The notes beneath the pieces were generated by a model. It worked only from the letters and a program-made list of their open reading frames with translations, did no database searches and had not been told where the DNA came from. A stretch of DNA of 25,296 bases from Ginkgo biloba (lineage: Eukaryota > Plantae > Ginkgophyta). Positions 20,790-25,296 of the stretch are shown here, in pieces. The stretch is from NCBI GenBank assembly GCA_024626585.2, contig JANKJI020000004.1, positions 63,537,678 to 63,562,973 on the forward strand. The letters run 5' to 3'. A program made the position numbers and the translations under genes. Each line of letters starts with the position of its first letter. The first letter of the stretch is position 1.

Positions 20790-23660
20790 AAAATATTAAC
20801 TTTATGCATAATGGAATATAGGATTTCTTTGATTCTACAAATAAACAAAACTTAAATTTTAGATCTCTTAAAAAATTAAAGGTTTGGAGGGGATAGAGAT
20901 AACCAAGTGTAAATTCGATATTCTTTATCTTTAAGAGGTTAAAGTTATACAAAATACATTAGTAATATATTTTAACTATATTGGGATAGATATAAACCAA
21001 ATTTTCACATTTCATATAGAAAAGAGAGCGGGTTTTGTTATTTTAGTGGATCTTATTTGGGAAGGGAAAATATTGAGAAAGGGAACTAGTCCATGTAAGA
21101 AAGTAGCATGAAAAATAGTACTTAAGGATGGAAGGATTTTTGGTATGGCTTTTTTTTATTTCCCTAATAAAATTGAAAATGGAATTGACCTTTAAAATTA
21201 GATATAAAAAATATTGGAAGAAATTCGTAATATTTTTATAAGAGATTTTAATATGGTTGAAAATTAATGTGATAAAAAACTTAAATCTAAATTCATATGA
21301 AATTAAAAAGAAAAGGTTTCATGGTTATAATATAACATAAAACTAGGTATTAAATATCCATTATGGAATGTAGAAAGAGATCATAACCTTCTATGGTTTA
21401 CTTGTAGAAATATACAAAGTGGAAGAAAGAGGGTCCTAGAGAGATTATATGGTTGTTATATACTAGTAAATGGAGGGATTATAATGGATTCCCCAATAGT
21501 ATATATTATCCCTTTGAACATTTTTTTATCATTATCCAATTTATTAAAATCTATATTATAAATATACTAATTATTTGTAGCCAAGAACATTTTTGTTTAA
21601 ATTAAATGTTTCTCTTCTAGAATATAGCACATATAAGGAAGGAATTATTAAGATGTATAATCTTTGTACAAAACTTAATACATAGAGAGGCTCGATTGAT
21701 TACTAGAAAATACTATAAAAATATTTATTTCCATTTTGAGAAATTTTGTGATATAGAAAACAACTCTTAGAATATAAATAAAGGAAAATATGTGAAAAAA
21801 TATAGGGTATGGGATACCAAAAACATAAAGAAGAATCCTTTTAATGTTACAAACTAAGAATTAGTTATAAAATTGAAGCAAGCTCTAAAAAAGTTAGAAA
21901 TGGAGTATATCAAGGAATGAGAACAATAAGTATGTTGAATTAATTTAAATAAGGCAATAGGTTTTCTAAATTTTTATTTCAATATCTAAAATCTAAGAAA
22001 AAAAGGAAATTAATAGAAAGTATAAAAAGTTGAGGCAGGGAACAAAATAAATCTTAGAACTATTTCACAGTTTCTATGAGAAATTATTTTCTTCATAGGG
22101 AATGTAAGAAATGGTTTTTTATTAAAATGTAGTCCCATAAAATATTTATGAAAGTTGGAATTAAAAAAATTAAAATGGAGATAACATTGAAAGAAATTAA
22201 GGAATCAATTAATAGTATAAAAAATCATAAGTAACTAGGTCTAGATGGACTTCTGGTTGAATTCTATAAAGAAAATTATAAACTAATAAGAGAATATATC
22301 TTAAGAGTATATAAATAAATATTATAAATATGGGATGTGGGAGAGTTCATTAATGTAGGAGTGATAAAGTTTCTTCTAAAAATTNNNNNNNNNNGACAAA
22401 AGAATAGTAAGTAATTAGATAATTGAACAAACAACAAGATCCTACAAAAAAGTATAGCCAGGAGATTTAAATTATTACAATATTTTCAAAAGAAATAGAT
22501 ATATTCTAAAACTTGTTAATAGGTTTTAAAGTAGTATATTTTATGAAGACATCTAATGAGGAAATAGTGATACTATTAATTTATTTATAAAAATCATATG
22601 ATAGAATAGAATGGTATTTTGTACACATGATGTTATTTATTCTTGGATTTAGTAATGAATTTAGAAATATGATATATTTATTTTCCTCCTTATCTAGTGT
22701 AAATATGTATACAAATAGAGAAACATAAGAGAAAATATGGCTATAAATATCAATTATACAAGGATTCCCTTTATTTCCTAATGTATTTATTCTATCTACG
22801 GAACAAATAGGTTATCTATTAAAAGTAGAAGGAATAATTAATACAAAGGGACTATAAATTATAAATAAAGAGTGATAAACTAATTCATGCTTTTCTAATG
22901 ACACCACTTTGTTACTAAAGAAATAAGAAGATGAAAGAATAAAGTGATGGAATGACTTAATATATTTTATAATGCTTATAGAATATGAATCANNNNNNNN
23001 NNNNNNNNNNNNNNNNNNNNNNNNNNNNNNNNNNNNNNNNNNNNNNNNNNNNATATTAGTTGGAATTGGATTTGGGATAAGTAGTAAGACTATTGGAAAT
23101 TTTGTATGTAGAAGGGATAACCCTTAATCACATGTGATAGTGGGTAATATGTAAGTTGGTTACAAAAGAAAGTAAAATGGAAAAATAGACTATTATATTT
23201 AGTAGGAAGGTATGAGGTTTTCTCCATGGTTTTTTCATCTTAGGACATATATGAATCTTCATAGTATACCCCTAGTCACACATATTTAATACATCTATAA
23301 AAAATAATGAGATATTTTTTATCTTCAAATCATAAAGGAGATAAGAAAAATTCATTTGGTCGATTTTAATATTTGTCACTTAAGTAAAGATTAGGGAGGA
23401 TTACGGATGAAAAAAATAATNNNNNNNNNNNNNNNNNNNNNNNNNNAAAATGGATAATAAAATCCCTTAGAAACAATAATCCTAAAATAAATTAATTAGA
23501 AATAATATACTCCAAGGATTCCACTTAGGTAGTAAAGCCTAGAAATAATTAGATACCTAATCATCACTATTCATACCTAACAATGTTCAAGTAAATGGAT
23601 GTATTTTGTTTAAATATAGATAAAAATCATAGTAAGAAGTTTAAAATTATATAAAATTAA
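20790..23660 (+). mobile_element. Heavily degenerate L1-type LINE ORF2 (AP endonuclease and reverse transcriptase)
   Basis: Ordered motif remnants: WNI (~20812), DILYL*EVK (~20910; DILCLQETK), RDFNMVE (21241; GDFN), WFTCRN...ERLY (~21395; FTW.N...RLDR), ITLKEIKESINSIKNHK*LGLDGLLVEFYK (22181; KSPGPDG...EFYK), KSYDRIEW (22591; KAYDR), SIIQGFPL (22750; RQGCPL), FSNDTTL (22891; FADDT), LYLVGR (~23192; LS.AGR), GGL (~23395). Confidence 0.88.
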
Positions 23661-23769
23661 AAATATATANNNNNNNNNNNNNNNNNNNNNNNNNNNNNNN
23701 NNNNNNNNNNNNNNNNNNNNNNNNNNNNNNNNNNNNNNNNNNNNNNNNNNNNNNNNNNNNNNNNNNNNN

Positions 23770-25100
23770 TTGTAAGGAGGAAGGCATTCAAGGCATATAA
23801 AATAGGGTTCATAAACGAGTATTGACTAAAGTTGTGGAATGCCAAAGGCTTAATTTCTAATGACCCTCTCCTATGAAGACTCCATAATTTATAATCTTCA
23901 TCATGGTGGTCCATGGAGATTCAGTAAATCTATCCCTCACGCATAAAATTGAAGGCCTTAATGGTGTTGCCCCGCGAGCTGAGTGGTGTTACTCTCATTT
24001 GAATGCCATACCTACATGTGTCATGATCTTATGGGGCCTGGAATTGGCATCCTAAGATATTGGTTTCTTCTCTCTTCTTGGTCACTATGATTTTGGCAAA
24101 TTTACACTACCCTGGGAGAATGACAATTAGCCACTTATCACCAGCTCAGGGTCTAAGCCCTTTTTCATACCTTATTTCTTCTATGTGCATGCGCTTTGGG
24201 GCCCTGAGCTCTCAATATTAGGACACTTGTCATGATCATAGAGCACCTTGGTTCCCTTTTAATTTTCCTTTTACAACCCTATAGAGATCCTTGAGAGGGA
24301 TGAGAAGTGTGACAAAAGGCACCTTCTCATGAGTCAGGGCTCCGCGGGTCTTTTACTTAATGAGGTTTCTTTCCTTAGAGTGCCTGGCTTCATCCTTTCC
24401 TAAGGTACCAACACACATCATCATCTTGCACCCCTTTCCCTTGCATCCCTTCTTTATTTTTGGCTTCCTTTGTAATCTCAGCGAGAGGAAGAGGGTGTGG
24501 GAGGCTACAACGTATCACCATTCATTGTTGTTTATCCTTGAGGTGGGGTTGAATCCTTCCTCTTCTACACTTTCATGTATCGGGTCTACCATGGGTTCTA
24601 GGCTCGGGATCACACAATGTGTTAAGATCTCAGGTGACTTGGGCCTGTGGGAATTCCACTGCCCCGTATTGGAAATTGTTGGATCCATCTTCGACCCACG
24701 GGGGCAATGGAACAGTAACCTACCACATGGCGACATCTCATAGCCCCTGTGTCTTGCACACAATACAAAAAAAAAAAAAAAAACCCCATGAAATGTGTTT
24801 TAAATGAATAATTACAAAATAAGGAGAAAACATGACCCGACATGATGGTCTCAGAGTAGAAGAGGTTTATATTTCCTGAAGGTTAAGCATTTACTAGGCC
24901 GAGGAAAACTCACATATTAGAGGATAATGTGAACGTCTAGAGTAGAATTAGAAAGGCAGATCCATCAATAGTAGTCTCTAATTTTCATGGTGGCACACTT
25001 CTACTGCTCTCACCATGGAGTTAGGAAAGAAGAAAAACAAACAAACAAAAGAGGGGTCCCCACGATTTCTTGGCGCGGGGCATGTTGGGCAACAACACCT
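23770..25100 (-). mobile_element. Probable Ty3/gypsy 5' internal region and gag remnant
   Basis: Higher GC than the flanks. Minus-strand peptide remnants QH/IKAFNFM...HHDEDYKLWSLHR...AFHNFSQYSFMN...LNAFL resemble Retrotrans_gag. It shares the GAT...GCCATGTG-type motif with 3730-5900 and 9875-10190. A possible decayed tRNA-Lys primer-binding site (TGTTGCCCAACATG vs TGGCGCCCAACGTG) lies at ~25081-25094. Confidence 0.5.
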
Positions 25101-25296
25101 TGATCTATAATTCATTTAAATTTATCCAAAAGGTAAAAACTTATAAGTCTATAAAATATATCTAGTCTACCATAAGCCTATATTTTTAATATATAATCAA
25201 ATAATAAAGTTTAATTCATGTTCATTAAGTATGCTTTGTTATTTTACTAAATAACCCCTATTAATGATGTAAAAATTATGAAGATACTAATTACAA

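Overview
Eukaryotic, very AT-rich (roughly 30% GC by eye), CpG-depleted and gap-riddled window from a repeat-rich land-plant genome; a gymnosperm-like large genome is my inference, not a proven assignment. Almost all recognisable sequence is decayed retroelement: a CRM-like Ty3/gypsy gag-protease (1-880, -), a Ty1/copia gag-protease-pre-integrase (1346-2526, -), a ~1 kb direct repeat with internal ~100-bp periodicity (3730-5900), a nearly intact retroelement-associated accessory ORF (6263-6967, +) with a decayed inverted paralog (9140-9600, -), a chromovirus integrase C-terminus/chromodomain/PPT/LTR (14136-15370, +), an L1-type LINE ORF2 (20790-23660, +) and a probable gypsy gag region (23770-25100, -). 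The exception is a ~0.8 kb CpG-retaining, apparently non-TE island at 13200-14035. It contains a TATA-like (AT)n, a miRNA-precursor-like foldback (13609-13834), a splice-site-bounded 318-nt exon-like segment and a second GC-rich hairpin. It most plausibly represents a minus-strand pri-miRNA/lncRNA locus that I cannot assign to a known family. No intact host protein-coding gene can be supported. Most ORF-track entries are artefacts of N runs or microsatellites.
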